This document shows, in pieces, positions 1 through 8,983 of a stretch of DNA of 55,501 bases. Origin of the DNA: an uncultured Candidatus Saccharibacteria bacterium. GTDB taxonomy: Bacteria > Patescibacteriota > Minisyncoccia > Minisyncoccales > GWA2-38-27. The stretch is taken from assembly GCA_964408385.1 (NCBI GenBank), contig CAYOZF010000001.1, positions 47,348-102,848 of the forward strand, read 5' to 3'. The notes beneath the pieces were generated by a model. That model was not told the origin of the DNA. It saw only the letters and a program-made list of their open reading frames with translations, and did no database searches. Each line of letters starts with the position of its first letter. The stretch's first letter is position 1. Made by a program: the position numbers and the translations under genes.

Positions 1-14
1 CCGCCTTGGCGGGA
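1..14. repeat. Partial GC-rich hairpin CCGCC-TTGG-CGGG, cut by the window edge. It is the reverse-complement relative of the hairpin at 21810-21825.
   Basis: ccgccttggcggg matches 13-14 nt of the reverse complement of ccccgccaaggcgggg at 21810-21825. Confidence 0.3.
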
Positions 15-62
15 CAGGTTCTTATATTATATCTTATCTGAATATATGAATAATTTCAAATA

Positions 63-91
63 AAAAACACGGCCTTAAAACCATGTTTTTT
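63..91 (-). terminator. Intrinsic-terminator-like hairpin downstream of the 55-aa ORF
   Basis: The minus strand reads AAAAAACATGG-TTTTAAGG-CCGTGTTTTTT. The stem is 7 bp including one G:U and is followed by a T-run. An A-run on the other side makes it potentially bidirectional. Confidence 0.45.
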
Positions 92-93
92 AA

Positions 94-261
94 TTAACCT
101 CCATATCTTCTTCTTAAGCCTCTATTATAAGATATGAGACTTGATAAAAGAATCCTTAAATCATCCACACTGAAACCCTGAAGATCTTTCTTTTTCCATC
201 CCGGGTCTTCCCTATAGACCTTTTCAATTAATTCTAGCTTAATTTCTTCATATTTAGTCAT
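94..261 (-). CDS. Small hypothetical protein (55 aa, below the ORF-track cutoff)
   Basis: ATG at 261-259 and TAA at 96-94. Translation is MTKYEEIKLELIEKVYREDPGWKKKDLQGFSVDDLRILLSSLISYNRGLRRRYGG. A hairpin plus T-run follows. No family recognised. Confidence 0.3.
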   Translation of the reverse strand: MTKYEEIKLELIEKVYREDPGWKKKDLQGFSVDDLRILLSSLISYNRGLRRRYGG

Positions 262-293
262 CTGAAATATCCTTTCAAAGAACTATATTTGCG

Positions 294-1712
294 CTATATT
301 TTAGGAAATAAAAGATTTCCTTTTTTGTTAATAAACTTATTATTTCTGACTATCTCTTTTTTAATCCTTTTTGCTGTTTCTGGCAAGAGCGGTTCTAATA
401 ATTCCGCTATATTGTCCAGACAAACCAATAAAGCTCCTAATACTTCGGGAGAATCCTTTTCCCATGGTTTTTCCTTTTCAATGTATTTATCACAAAAAGA
501 AATCAAATCCCAGACAGCTTTTAAAGCCTCATTAAACTTAAAACTCTCTAAAGCTTTAATATATTCTTTCTTAGCTCTATCAATCTCTTTTTTAAGTGAA
601 TCATTATTTTTAAAACCTTTTTCAGCCATTGTTCTGACCCGAGCTAATAAGTTGCCTATACCAGAAGCTAAGTCAGAATTATATCTCTGTTCAAACTTCT
701 CATAAGTAAAATCTCCGTCTTCTGCAGAAGGTATTTCTCTTAACAAGTAATATCTAACAGCATCTACTCCGTATTTCTTAACTAATTCAAAAGGATCAAT
801 TACATTGCCTAATGATTTAGACATTTTCTTACCATCAGCAGTAATAAATCCATGAACAAATATATTCTTAGGCAAATCTAATCCTAAAGACAAAAGCATA
901 GCTGGCCAGATTAAAGCATGAAACTTTAGTATATCCTTGCCTATGCAGTGAATATCAGCTGGCCAGTATTTTTTAAACTGCTTGCTCTCTTCTGTATAAC
1001 CAATAGCTGAAATATAGTTTGGAAGGGCGTCCGCCCAAACGTAAATTAACTGAGAGTCATCTCCAGGCACTGAAAAACCCCAGTACTTATCTTTAGCCCT
1101 GGAAAAACTAATGTCTTCTATGCCTGTTTTAATATATCCCAAGACCTCGTTCTTTCTGGCTTCGGGAATAATCCTTAATTCATCTTTTTTAATCTTCTGC
1201 TCTATCTCTTTTAAATACTTTGAAAGACGGAAAAAATAATTCTCTTCTTCAACCAGTTCTGGCTCTTTATTGTGATTAGGGCATTTTCCATCAACTAAAT
1301 CCTTTTCCGTAATAAAAGCCTCGCAGCCAAAACAATAATATCCTTTGTACTTCTTCTTGTATATATCTTCATTCTTCTCTAATTTCAGCCAAAGCTTTTT
1401 TACTGCTGGCCAATGCCTTTTTTCATCAGTAGTCCTGATAAAATCATTATTAGAAAGATTCAAGAGCTTGGTTAATTCTTCAAACCTTTTTGAAACCTGG
1501 TCAGTAAACTCTTGAGAGCTTTTCCCAGCTTCTTCTGCTGCTCTCCTGATTTTTAAACCGTGCTCATCTGTACCAGTCAAGAAAAACACATCCTTGTTCA
1601 AAGATCTATTATAACGAGCTAAAACATCTGCCTGAATGCATTCTAAAGCAAACCCTATATGAGGAGGGGCATTTGTATAAGCAATGCTGGTTGTGATATA
1701 AAACTTGTTCAT
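294..1712 (-). CDS. metG: Methionyl-tRNA synthetase (short form, no C-terminal tRNA-binding appendix)
   Basis: MNKFYITTSIAYTNAPPHIGFALECIQADV aligns to the E. coli MetRS N-terminus. KMSKS is present (KKMSKSLGN). The ATG at 1712 is preferred over the track start at 1745, which would run through the upstream hairpin. Confidence 0.93.
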   Translation of the reverse strand: MNKFYITTSIAYTNAPPHIGFALECIQADVLARYNRSLNKDVFFLTGTDEHGLKIRRAAEEAGKSSQEFTDQVSKRFEELTKLLNLSNNDFIRTTDEKRHWPAVKKLWLKLEKNEDIYKKKYKGYYCFGCEAFITEKDLVDGKCPNHNKEPELVEEENYFFRLSKYLKEIEQKIKKDELRIIPEARKNEVLGYIKTGIEDISFSRAKDKYWGFSVPGDDSQLIYVWADALPNYISAIGYTEESKQFKKYWPADIHCIGKDILKFHALIWPAMLLSLGLDLPKNIFVHGFITADGKKMSKSLGNVIDPFELVKKYGVDAVRYYLLREIPSAEDGDFTYEKFEQRYNSDLASGIGNLLARVRTMAEKGFKNNDSLKKEIDRAKKEYIKALESFKFNEALKAVWDLISFCDKYIEKEKPWEKDSPEVLGALLVCLDNIAELLEPLLPETAKRIKKEIVRNNKFINKKGNLLFPKI

Positions 1713-1715
1713 ACA

Positions 1716-1740
1716 AAAAAAGAGGTTATTGCCTCTTTTT
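1716..1740 (-). terminator. Hairpin plus T-run after the AI-2E transporter gene, ending directly at the metG ATG
   Basis: The minus strand reads AAAAAGAGG-CAATAA-CCTCTTTTTTTGT followed by ATG. Confidence 0.5.
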
Positions 1741-1753
1741 AACACAAAATCAC

Positions 1754-2782
1754 CTAAACTACAACGACCTTCTTATCCCTCCTTCTTTGAAGAAACTCTT
1801 TAAAGAATTCAAAGAATATGCCGAACAAGGGAATTGAAAGCACAGCGCCCATCAAACCCCATAAGCTTCCTCCTACAACCAAAGAAACCAAAACCAAAGC
1901 TGGAGGCAGTCCTATAAACTTTTTCATTAAAATAGGAGACAAAACGCTGTTCTCAATCTGCTGGACAACAGTAAAAGCGATGATAATAAAGATTGCTTTA
2001 AGCTGGTTAACCGGGAAAATAAGAACAAACAAGACAACTCCTGTTAACAAAGGACCGATATAGGGAATAAAGTTAAACACTCCGGCGAACAAAGCTAAAG
2101 TAAAAGGATATTCTACATTGAAAAGCCTGAAGACAATATAGGAAGCCACTCCCACAAATAAACAGGCCAATAATCTGGCTCCAAACCAACCAGCAACCTT
2201 TTTCTGGCATCTAGACCAAACACTTAAAACCTGATCCTCATACTTCTTGGGGAATAAAAGCATCAGGGTTCTCTCAACTCCCTTTTCCTCCAAAGAAAGG
2301 AAAATAGCAGTAACAATAACAAATAAAGTAGTAAAGACCCCGCCAAAAATACTGAATAGAGCGGCAAAGATATTGGTAGCCATTCCCTCCAGGCTGCTGC
2401 CGAGAATAGTTAAGAAGCTCTCTAGGTTTTCAAAAGCCTGCAGACCAAGACCTTTTAAGGGCGGAGATATCTTTTCAAAGTATTCCGGGAAAGAAGCTAA
2501 GAAATCCTGGATTTCAGTAATAAATACAGGAACTATTAAGTAAAGCACAAAGCTTAACAAACCAAAAACTCCTACGTAAACAATAACTACTCCCAAACCC
2601 CTAGGAATTCTTCTCTTATGAAGAAAGTTAACAGCTGGATTAAAAAGAACAGAAATAGTTAAAGCAAAGATAAACCAAATCAGGATATCCCTAACTGAAT
2701 AAAGAATGTAGAAAAAAGCCACAGCAATGGAAATCTTTGCTATTGTTCTCCAGGAAATATCTAGGATTTTTTCGTTGTCCAT
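1754..2782 (-). CDS. AI-2E family (UPF0118/PerM-like) transporter
   Basis: 342-aa polytopic membrane protein (about 8 hydrophobic helices). Length and pattern are typical of UPF0118. Confidence 0.75.
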   Translation of the reverse strand: MDNEKILDISWRTIAKISIAVAFFYILYSVRDILIWFIFALTISVLFNPAVNFLHKRRIPRGLGVVIVYVGVFGLLSFVLYLIVPVFITEIQDFLASFPEYFEKISPPLKGLGLQAFENLESFLTILGSSLEGMATNIFAALFSIFGGVFTTLFVIVTAIFLSLEEKGVERTLMLLFPKKYEDQVLSVWSRCQKKVAGWFGARLLACLFVGVASYIVFRLFNVEYPFTLALFAGVFNFIPYIGPLLTGVVLFVLIFPVNQLKAIFIIIAFTVVQQIENSVLSPILMKKFIGLPPALVLVSLVVGGSLWGLMGAVLSIPLFGIFFEFFKEFLQRRRDKKVVVV

Positions 2783-4032
2783 AATAATTTCTCAAGATTA
2801 TCTTTAGTCGGACCAATTAAAGCTAGGTTTAACTTCTCGGGCTTAAAAATATCCCTGCTTACCTCTAAAATATCATCTCTGGTTACCTTATTAATTTTAC
2901 CATAAATCTGTTCAGGAGTTAAAATCTTTTTCTCTAAAAGCTCCTGGCTTCCGTAAAAAGAAGCCTGGGCATCAGAAGCTTCAAAAAGCAGCGCCATCTT
3001 GCCTTTAAAATGATCTTTTGCTTTTTTAAGCTCTTTAGCTGAAATCTTAATTCTTCTCATTTTGTCATATTCTTTTAAAACAGCTTTAATAGCCTTTTCA
3101 ACTCTTTTATTGTCTACTCCAGCCTGGGCAACCAGAAATCCAGTATCAGGATCAGAAGAAACATCTGTTTTAATATAATAGGCTAAACCTAATTTCTCCC
3201 TTACTTCAATAAAAAGACGGGAGCTCATCATTCCTCCTAGAATTAAAGACAATAACTCCAAAGCATATCTCTGAGGATGGAAAATATTGTAAGCCCTGAC
3301 TCCTAAGCAGAAATGCGTCTGGTCAGTATTCCTGTTCTCTATCAACACTTCTGGCTTGTACTGGCTCTCTACTACTGGAGCTTTTTCAATAATTTCATTG
3401 CTTCCTGTTTTTGAAAAGTATTTCTTAACCTTATTAACGGCTTTATTCTTAGAAACATTGCCGGCAATACAGACAATAGTGTTAGAGCTGACATATTGGG
3501 TTTTCATATAATCAAAGAGCTGTTTGCGGGAAATAGCAGAAACGCTTTGTTTGGTTCCAGCAATATGCCAGCCAGCTGGCTGGTCTCCGTATAATAATTT
3601 AGGCCATAATATCTGGACATAAGAAGACGGGTGGTCCTGATACATGTTAATCTCTTCAATAACTACTCTCTTTTCCTTGTTTATCTCTCTGGGATCCAGC
3701 TTGGAGTTAAGATAAATATCAGAGATTACATCTAAAGCCAGGTCAAAATGCTTGGCATCAACCTTAGCATAATAACCAGTATAGTCTTCTCCAGTAAAAG
3801 CATTGTAAATACCGCCTACTCTGTCTAAAGGCTCAGAAATAGAAATCTGATTAGGTCTTTTCTTAGTTCCTTTAAACAACAAATGCTCTAAAAGATGGGA
3901 TATTCCGCTAATATCCTTTTTCTCATATTTAGAACCAGTGCCAACCAAAACCAAACAGGTTACAGCCTGAGTTCCTTTCTGAGGAACAATAATAATTCTT
4001 AATCCGTTCTTTAAAGCGACTTTCTTAAACAT
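2761..4032 (-). CDS. M16 family zinc peptidase (insulinase-like)
   Basis: The inverted zincin motif HxxEH (HLLEHLLFKGT) lies near the N-terminus. 423 aa with two-lobe M16 length. Confidence 0.85.
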   Translation of the reverse strand: MFKKVALKNGLRIIIVPQKGTQAVTCLVLVGTGSKYEKKDISGISHLLEHLLFKGTKKRPNQISISEPLDRVGGIYNAFTGEDYTGYYAKVDAKHFDLALDVISDIYLNSKLDPREINKEKRVVIEEINMYQDHPSSYVQILWPKLLYGDQPAGWHIAGTKQSVSAISRKQLFDYMKTQYVSSNTIVCIAGNVSKNKAVNKVKKYFSKTGSNEIIEKAPVVESQYKPEVLIENRNTDQTHFCLGVRAYNIFHPQRYALELLSLILGGMMSSRLFIEVREKLGLAYYIKTDVSSDPDTGFLVAQAGVDNKRVEKAIKAVLKEYDKMRRIKISAKELKKAKDHFKGKMALLFEASDAQASFYGSQELLEKKILTPEQIYGKINKVTRDDILEVSRDIFKPEKLNLALIGPTKDNLEKLLWTTKKS

Positions 4033-5312
4033 TCTTTTAACTCTTTTATTTTAACTCTTTTCTGCCTCATTGTATCCCTGTTCCGAATAGTAACGTCATT
4101 CTTTTTTAAGCTGTCGAAATCAATTGTTAGAGCAAAAACACAGCCTATCTCGTCTAATCTTCTGTACCTTCTGCCAATAGAACCGGTCTCATCATAAAGA
4201 CAGACAAAATCAGGCTTTAGCATTTGATAAACTTCCTTGGCTTTCTTAACTATATTAGGCTTATTCTTAACTAAAGGCAAAACAGCAACCTTAACTGGAG
4301 CTATATCTTTATCAAGCTTTAAGAATACTTCTAGTTCTTTAGTAGGCTTAGTCGTTTTAGTCCTTCCTCCCTTTACTTCTGTATAAGCATCACAAAGAAA
4401 AGCAAATAAGCTTCTGTCCACTCCTACTGAAGTTTCAATAATATGGGGGCAATAGCCTTCGTATTTCAAATCTTCTCCTGAATGCTTGGAATGGTTGGAC
4501 AAATCCCAGTCTCCTCTGTTGTGGATTCCCTCTATTTCCTGCCAGCCAAAAGGAAACTTATACTGAATGTCAACTGCTCTTTTAGCATAATGAGCTAATT
4601 CCTTCTTAGGCACTTCTATTGCTTTAATATTCTTTTTGTTTATTCCCAAACTTAAGTACCAGTTCATTCTCTGTTTTTTCCAGTAGTTAAAAAACTTAGG
4701 AGCATCCTTAGAGGAGCAGAACCACTGCATCTCCATCTGCTCAAACTCCCTAATTCTGTAGATAAAGTCTTTAGGATTAATCTCATTTCTAAAAGCCTTT
4801 CCAATCTGAGCAATACCAAAAGGAATCTTCAGCCTCATAGTCTGGAGAACATTCTTAAAGTTTGTATAAATGCCCTGACAGGTCTCTGCTCTTAAATAAG
4901 TAAGCGCTGCTTCATCTTCAACTGGACCGACAAAGGTTTTCATCATTAGATTAAACTTCTTGGCCTTGGTAAAAGAGCCTCCGCAGTCAGGACATTTGCC
5001 CTTTACAAAGTCTTTTCTGAAACGATGATGGCATTTCTTGCATTCCACCAGTTCATCAGCAAACCCAGCTGTTAAATGACCGGAAGCTTTCCAAACCTTG
5101 GGGCTCATCAAGATAGAAGCGTCTAAACCAACAATATCATTATGCTTTTTAGTCATCTCGTCCCACCAGGATTTTTTAATATTGTTCTTCATCTCTACTC
5201 CCAAAGGACCAAAATCATAGCAGGAGCCGAACCCGCCGTAAATTTCAGAAGAAGGGAAAATAAATCCTCTTCTTTTGGAAAAAGATACGATTTTCTCCAT
5301 TAAGTTTTCCAT
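4011..5312 (-). CDS. glyQS: Glycyl-tRNA synthetase (alpha2 dimeric type)
   Basis: The N-terminus KRRGFIFPSSEIYGGFGSCYDFGPLGVEMKNNIK is the class II GlyRS signature region. 433 aa. Confidence 0.93.
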   Translation of the reverse strand: MENLMEKIVSFSKRRGFIFPSSEIYGGFGSCYDFGPLGVEMKNNIKKSWWDEMTKKHNDIVGLDASILMSPKVWKASGHLTAGFADELVECKKCHHRFRKDFVKGKCPDCGGSFTKAKKFNLMMKTFVGPVEDEAALTYLRAETCQGIYTNFKNVLQTMRLKIPFGIAQIGKAFRNEINPKDFIYRIREFEQMEMQWFCSSKDAPKFFNYWKKQRMNWYLSLGINKKNIKAIEVPKKELAHYAKRAVDIQYKFPFGWQEIEGIHNRGDWDLSNHSKHSGEDLKYEGYCPHIIETSVGVDRSLFAFLCDAYTEVKGGRTKTTKPTKELEVFLKLDKDIAPVKVAVLPLVKNKPNIVKKAKEVYQMLKPDFVCLYDETGSIGRRYRRLDEIGCVFALTIDFDSLKKNDVTIRNRDTMRQKRVKIKELKECLRKSL

Positions 5313-5383
5313 TATTTAATTTTAACTTATTTCTTGAAAATAATAAAGATTTTATCAATCTTTCTAGTTCTAGGAAATAAAAA

Positions 5384-5408
5384 AGGCCTGGAAAACTAAT
5401 CCAGGCCT
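5384..5408. terminator. Bidirectional intrinsic terminator
   Basis: AGGCCTGGA-AAACTAA-TCCAGGCCT is a perfect 9-bp stem flanked by an A-run (5') and a T-run (3'). It lies just downstream of the 513-aa gene. Confidence 0.7.
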
Positions 5409-5418
5409 TTTTAACTCT

Positions 5419-6960
5419 TTATAAATCAATTGGAGGGGCAGTAGCATTGATAAACGATTCTGTCCATTGGTCCTCTCCAATAATCGTTGCTTGGTTAATG
5501 ATTCTTCCTCCAGATGATAAGGAAACCTGGAAAGAAATAGTCGGGGCAGTATCAAAAACTCCTGTTCCAGCATTTATATCACCAACCATCCAGACAATCT
5601 CCCTGCTTCCGCTGTCAAAAGCAAACTTGGATGATTCTGACTCGGGAGAAATATTGCCTTTTAATTCTACGCCTGAAGGAAGAACGGCTTTTACTTTTAC
5701 ATTCCTGACATCATTAATATAGTTCTTTGCTTCCCAGGTTATAGTATAATCAGGTCCTGAAGCTTCTGCTCTCTGGGAGATCTCCAGCTTGGAATTTACC
5801 TTTGTTTCAAACTCTTCTCTGACTTCAGAAAGCAGAACAGAGTTCTTTAATAAAGCATTTGTTTCTCCAGAAGTCCAGCTTTCCTTCAAGTCAATCCAGA
5901 ACTCAACCTTTCCTTCCTTGCCCTGGTCTAAAAACTTAAGTCTGGGCACTTCTCTCCAGTCCCACATAATAGAATTGTCTCCCTGTTGGGAGTCCCCTAA
6001 ATCGCTTTTAACACTATTGAAGTCAAATCCATCCCCTTCTAATCTGATTACCAGGAATAAATCCTGAAAAGGCTCGTCGCTGATGTTTCTGAAAAATATC
6101 TCATAATGAAGCAGATCGCCTGGACTGGCAATATAATTATTCTGGCCATTAATCTGCTGGGAGATGAAAATCTGGGGCCTGGCAATCTCTACTCCTCTGC
6201 TTATCTCTTTCAAAACAATAAACTCGTCATTCTGCCAAACACCCATTAATGCCTTGAAAATCTTCTGCTCCCTAAGCTCTCCTGACAGCTTCCCGATAAT
6301 CTCTATTCTTCCTCCCTCTGCCTTGTTCAAGAGAGGAATATCCCATTCAGTCTTGTCTGTTCCCGAAGGGTCGCTTGATAAAAACTCAAATCCTTCAGGA
6401 TATTCAATCCTTATTCCTAAATCAGCTAAAGGATGGTCTAAATTAGAAAAATAGTTTAAAGAGAACTCAAACTCTCTACCTGATTCTATTTTAGAAGACA
6501 AATCAAAATTAAAGCTCAAAGGAATTGAAGATATGACTAAAGTCAAACTGCTATTTGATTCATAGCGGGCCTGAAGATTCTTAGGCTGATAAGTCATCTG
6601 GGCTTTGGCTGTTTTAATATCTCCTTCTTTGCCCAAGAGCCGGGCTTTAAACTGAAAGGTTTTTTCCTCACCAGGATAAATATCCCCTAATTCTTCTGGA
6701 CCGATTTCTACTCTCCTGGAACCATCTGACAAACTGTATTCCGGCAGTTCAAAAATAAGAACAGGCTGTTCCAGTCTGACATCCCCGTTGTTCTTGTACT
6801 TGACTGTGTATTCAATCTCCTGCCCGGCTTCTACTGATTCCGGGCCTAATATTTCTAACTTGAGAATCTCTTTAGAATAAGGATTCCTCTGCCAGTACCA
6901 AAAACCAAGGATGCCAAGAACAACAGCAATAATTATAACAATGATAATAATTTTTCTCAT
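5419..6960 (-). CDS. Membrane-anchored hypothetical protein with repeated beta-sandwich (CARDB/DUF11-like) modules
   Basis: N-terminal TM helix (IIIIVIIIAVVLGILGFWYW). Repeated motifs such as GQEIEYTVKYKNNGDV and GDLLHYEIFFRNISDE are typical of CARDB/DUF11-type repeats. It sits immediately downstream of the pilin-like gene. Confidence 0.6.
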   Translation of the reverse strand: MRKIIIIVIIIAVVLGILGFWYWQRNPYSKEILKLEILGPESVEAGQEIEYTVKYKNNGDVRLEQPVLIFELPEYSLSDGSRRVEIGPEELGDIYPGEEKTFQFKARLLGKEGDIKTAKAQMTYQPKNLQARYESNSSLTLVISSIPLSFNFDLSSKIESGREFEFSLNYFSNLDHPLADLGIRIEYPEGFEFLSSDPSGTDKTEWDIPLLNKAEGGRIEIIGKLSGELREQKIFKALMGVWQNDEFIVLKEISRGVEIARPQIFISQQINGQNNYIASPGDLLHYEIFFRNISDEPFQDLFLVIRLEGDGFDFNSVKSDLGDSQQGDNSIMWDWREVPRLKFLDQGKEGKVEFWIDLKESWTSGETNALLKNSVLLSEVREEFETKVNSKLEISQRAEASGPDYTITWEAKNYINDVRNVKVKAVLPSGVELKGNISPESESSKFAFDSGSREIVWMVGDINAGTGVFDTAPTISFQVSLSSGGRIINQATIIGEDQWTESFINATAPPIDL

Positions 6961-6988
6961 TGTTTAATATTGTATTATAGATTTTAAT

Positions 6989-7819
6989 TTAAAACAAGGT
7001 TTTCTCAGCATAAAGCTGTTTTACTTCTGACGAGCTGAGAGCTTTATCATAAATACGGACATCATCAACCCTGCCGTTAAGATTCCAGGTTGAAGGATTA
7101 TAGCCTAACCCGCCAATAGCTAAATCAAAAGAAGCAGGAACTGCTATTGTGCCGGTAAAAGACATGGTATTTTCAAATTCTCCGTCTAAGTATATTTTCA
7201 ATTCAGTCCCGTTAAAAGTGCCAACTAAATGATGCCATTTGTTTAAAGAAATATTTTTGATGGTCCAGATTCTATATCTTTCAGCTGTATCTCCTGGGTT
7301 TTCCTTTCCCCAAATCTGGAAATTCCCCCTGGTTCCAGATATAAAGAGAGAATAGCCAGCGTAGACCCCACAGCAATCCCTGTCATTAGAAACAATGTAT
7401 TGATACCAAGGAGGGCTTGCTTCTCGGCAGTAGATCCAACCAGCAACAGTAACAGCTTCGGAGATATTGTTTAGACTGGCGTTATCTCCGACCAGAACAT
7501 GATCGCTTCCTCCATCAAAATCCAAAGAATATCCTTTTTTAGAAGGAGTATCTTCGTTATATTCGGCTCCATTTATGGTTCCATGATTATCATAATTGCT
7601 AAAATCTATCACTGTATCGCCTGAACCTTCATCAAAATCCCACATTCCTACTGCATAAGCTCCTAAGCTATGATGAACATTAGCGCTGAACTGAAGACCC
7701 TTGGCTATTCTGGCTTTTTCTCTCGAAACTCCCAAGGAAACCAAAACCACAGCTGCCAACAAGCCGATAATAGCAATCACTACCAACATTTCTACCAGAG
7801 TAAAGCCTTTTTGTTTCAT
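6989..7819 (-). CDS. Type IV pilin-like protein (prepilin N-terminal methylation motif) with a LamG/concanavalin-A-like domain
   Basis: MKQKGFTLVEMLVVIAIIGLLAAV carries the class III signal G|FTLxE. The C-terminus has the LamG hallmark GRVDDVRIYDKALSSSEVKQLY. Confidence 0.8.
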   Translation of the reverse strand: MKQKGFTLVEMLVVIAIIGLLAAVVLVSLGVSREKARIAKGLQFSANVHHSLGAYAVGMWDFDEGSGDTVIDFSNYDNHGTINGAEYNEDTPSKKGYSLDFDGGSDHVLVGDNASLNNISEAVTVAGWIYCREASPPWYQYIVSNDRDCCGVYAGYSLFISGTRGNFQIWGKENPGDTAERYRIWTIKNISLNKWHHLVGTFNGTELKIYLDGEFENTMSFTGTIAVPASFDLAIGGLGYNPSTWNLNGRVDDVRIYDKALSSSEVKQLYAEKTLF

Positions 7820-7874
7820 TGTTTTATATAAATATTAAATTAACATTTAAGGCAAAATAATATATTAAAATATA

Positions 7875-8558
7875 TTATTTTATTATACCATGCTTTAATT
7901 CCTCGGTCACTGAATCCAGTTCTTCCAAATGAGATTCTTTTATCTTTAGTCTTAACAAAAGATTCCAGTCTTTTTTAAAGAATATTCTTAATATTTTAAT
8001 AGCTTCGGAGGAAACTTCTACCTTTCTCTCTGCTCGGTCATAACAGTCTGAACAGATTATACCTCCCTGATCCGGGCTAAAGTGTAATTTATTAGGAGCA
8101 AGTTTCTTTTGACAGACAACACAATTATATAAATCAATATGATAGCCTAATATTGAAGCCAGGTTCCAGACAAAATAATGATAGACTATCTTATTGTTCA
8201 ATCTTTCAAAAACCTCTGTCAGCAGATCCCAGATATGTTCATCTGGATGCTCTTCGAGTAAACTATCCAGAGAATCAGTAATCTTACCAACAGATTCTAA
8301 ATCTTCTCTAATATTCTTAAACTTATTCAAAACCACGGCATCAGTCAGGGTTTTGTAATTCTTTCCTTGGATAAACTCTATTTCTGACAAATAAAAAAGA
8401 TCTATTCCTGATCTTAATTTAGACTTAATCTTCCTAATAGCCTTTCCTAAAACCTTTATCTTGCCAAAATCTTTGGTATAAACAGTAAAAACCTGGTCAG
8501 CTTCCCGCAGATCATTCTTTTTTAATACATAGCCCTGGGTTCTGTAATGAGTAGCCAT
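7875..8558 (-). CDS. recO: DNA repair protein RecO
   Basis: The N-terminal OB region is YRTQGYVLKKNDLREADQVFTVYTKDFGKIKVLGKAIRK. The C-terminal Cys4 zinc motif is CVVC...CSDC. Confidence 0.85.
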   Translation of the reverse strand: MATHYRTQGYVLKKNDLREADQVFTVYTKDFGKIKVLGKAIRKIKSKLRSGIDLFYLSEIEFIQGKNYKTLTDAVVLNKFKNIREDLESVGKITDSLDSLLEEHPDEHIWDLLTEVFERLNNKIVYHYFVWNLASILGYHIDLYNCVVCQKKLAPNKLHFSPDQGGIICSDCYDRAERKVEVSSEAIKILRIFFKKDWNLLLRLKIKESHLEELDSVTEELKHGIIK

Positions 8559-8858
8559 TTATCTTACTTTCCAGCCCCCTACTGATTTCAAGTAATCAAT
8601 CTTCTGCCTTATCCTTGTCTTTTCCTCCGAAGTCTTAGCAGCGTTTTTCTTGGACTCCAGCCTCATTATCGCTCTTCGGTACTCATTCCTGTCAATAACA
8701 TCTCCGTATCTCTCTCCAAAGATTTCTTTTTCTATCTTATACCTCTGGGAGCTGTCATAATTTTTCCCTCCAGTGCCTGGTATTCTGCCACTGTCTTTCT
8801 TAAAACTTGACCTTAGTTCTTGCTTAGAAATCTCTGATTTTTTATCATAAATACCCAT
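8559..8858 (-). CDS. Hypothetical basic protein (99 aa), translationally coupled to recO
   Basis: Its TAA (8561-8559) abuts the recO ATG (8558). No motif recognised. Confidence 0.55.
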   Translation of the reverse strand: MGIYDKKSEISKQELRSSFKKDSGRIPGTGGKNYDSSQRYKIEKEIFGERYGDVIDRNEYRRAIMRLESKKNAAKTSEEKTRIRQKIDYLKSVGGWKVR

Positions 8859-8925
8859 ATCCTTAAAAATTTATTTTTATATATTATTTATTATAATTAT
8901 TATATCACTATTCCAAAAAGAAAAA

Positions 8926-8953
8926 AGGTATGTTCTAAAATTTGAACATACCT
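8926..8953 (-). terminator. Intrinsic terminator of the 317-aa orphan gene
   Basis: The minus strand reads AGGTATGTTC-AAATTTTA-GAACATACCT, a perfect 10-bp stem, followed by TTTTTCTTTTT. Confidence 0.7.
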
Positions 8954-8983
8954 TAGAAGTTTAAAGTATTCAAGCATAAAGAA

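Noticed and set aside
5370-5573. 67-aa minus-strand ORF across the terminator and the 3' end of the 513-aa gene
   Set aside because: It overlaps the longer, coherent CDS in another frame and runs through the bidirectional terminator hairpin.
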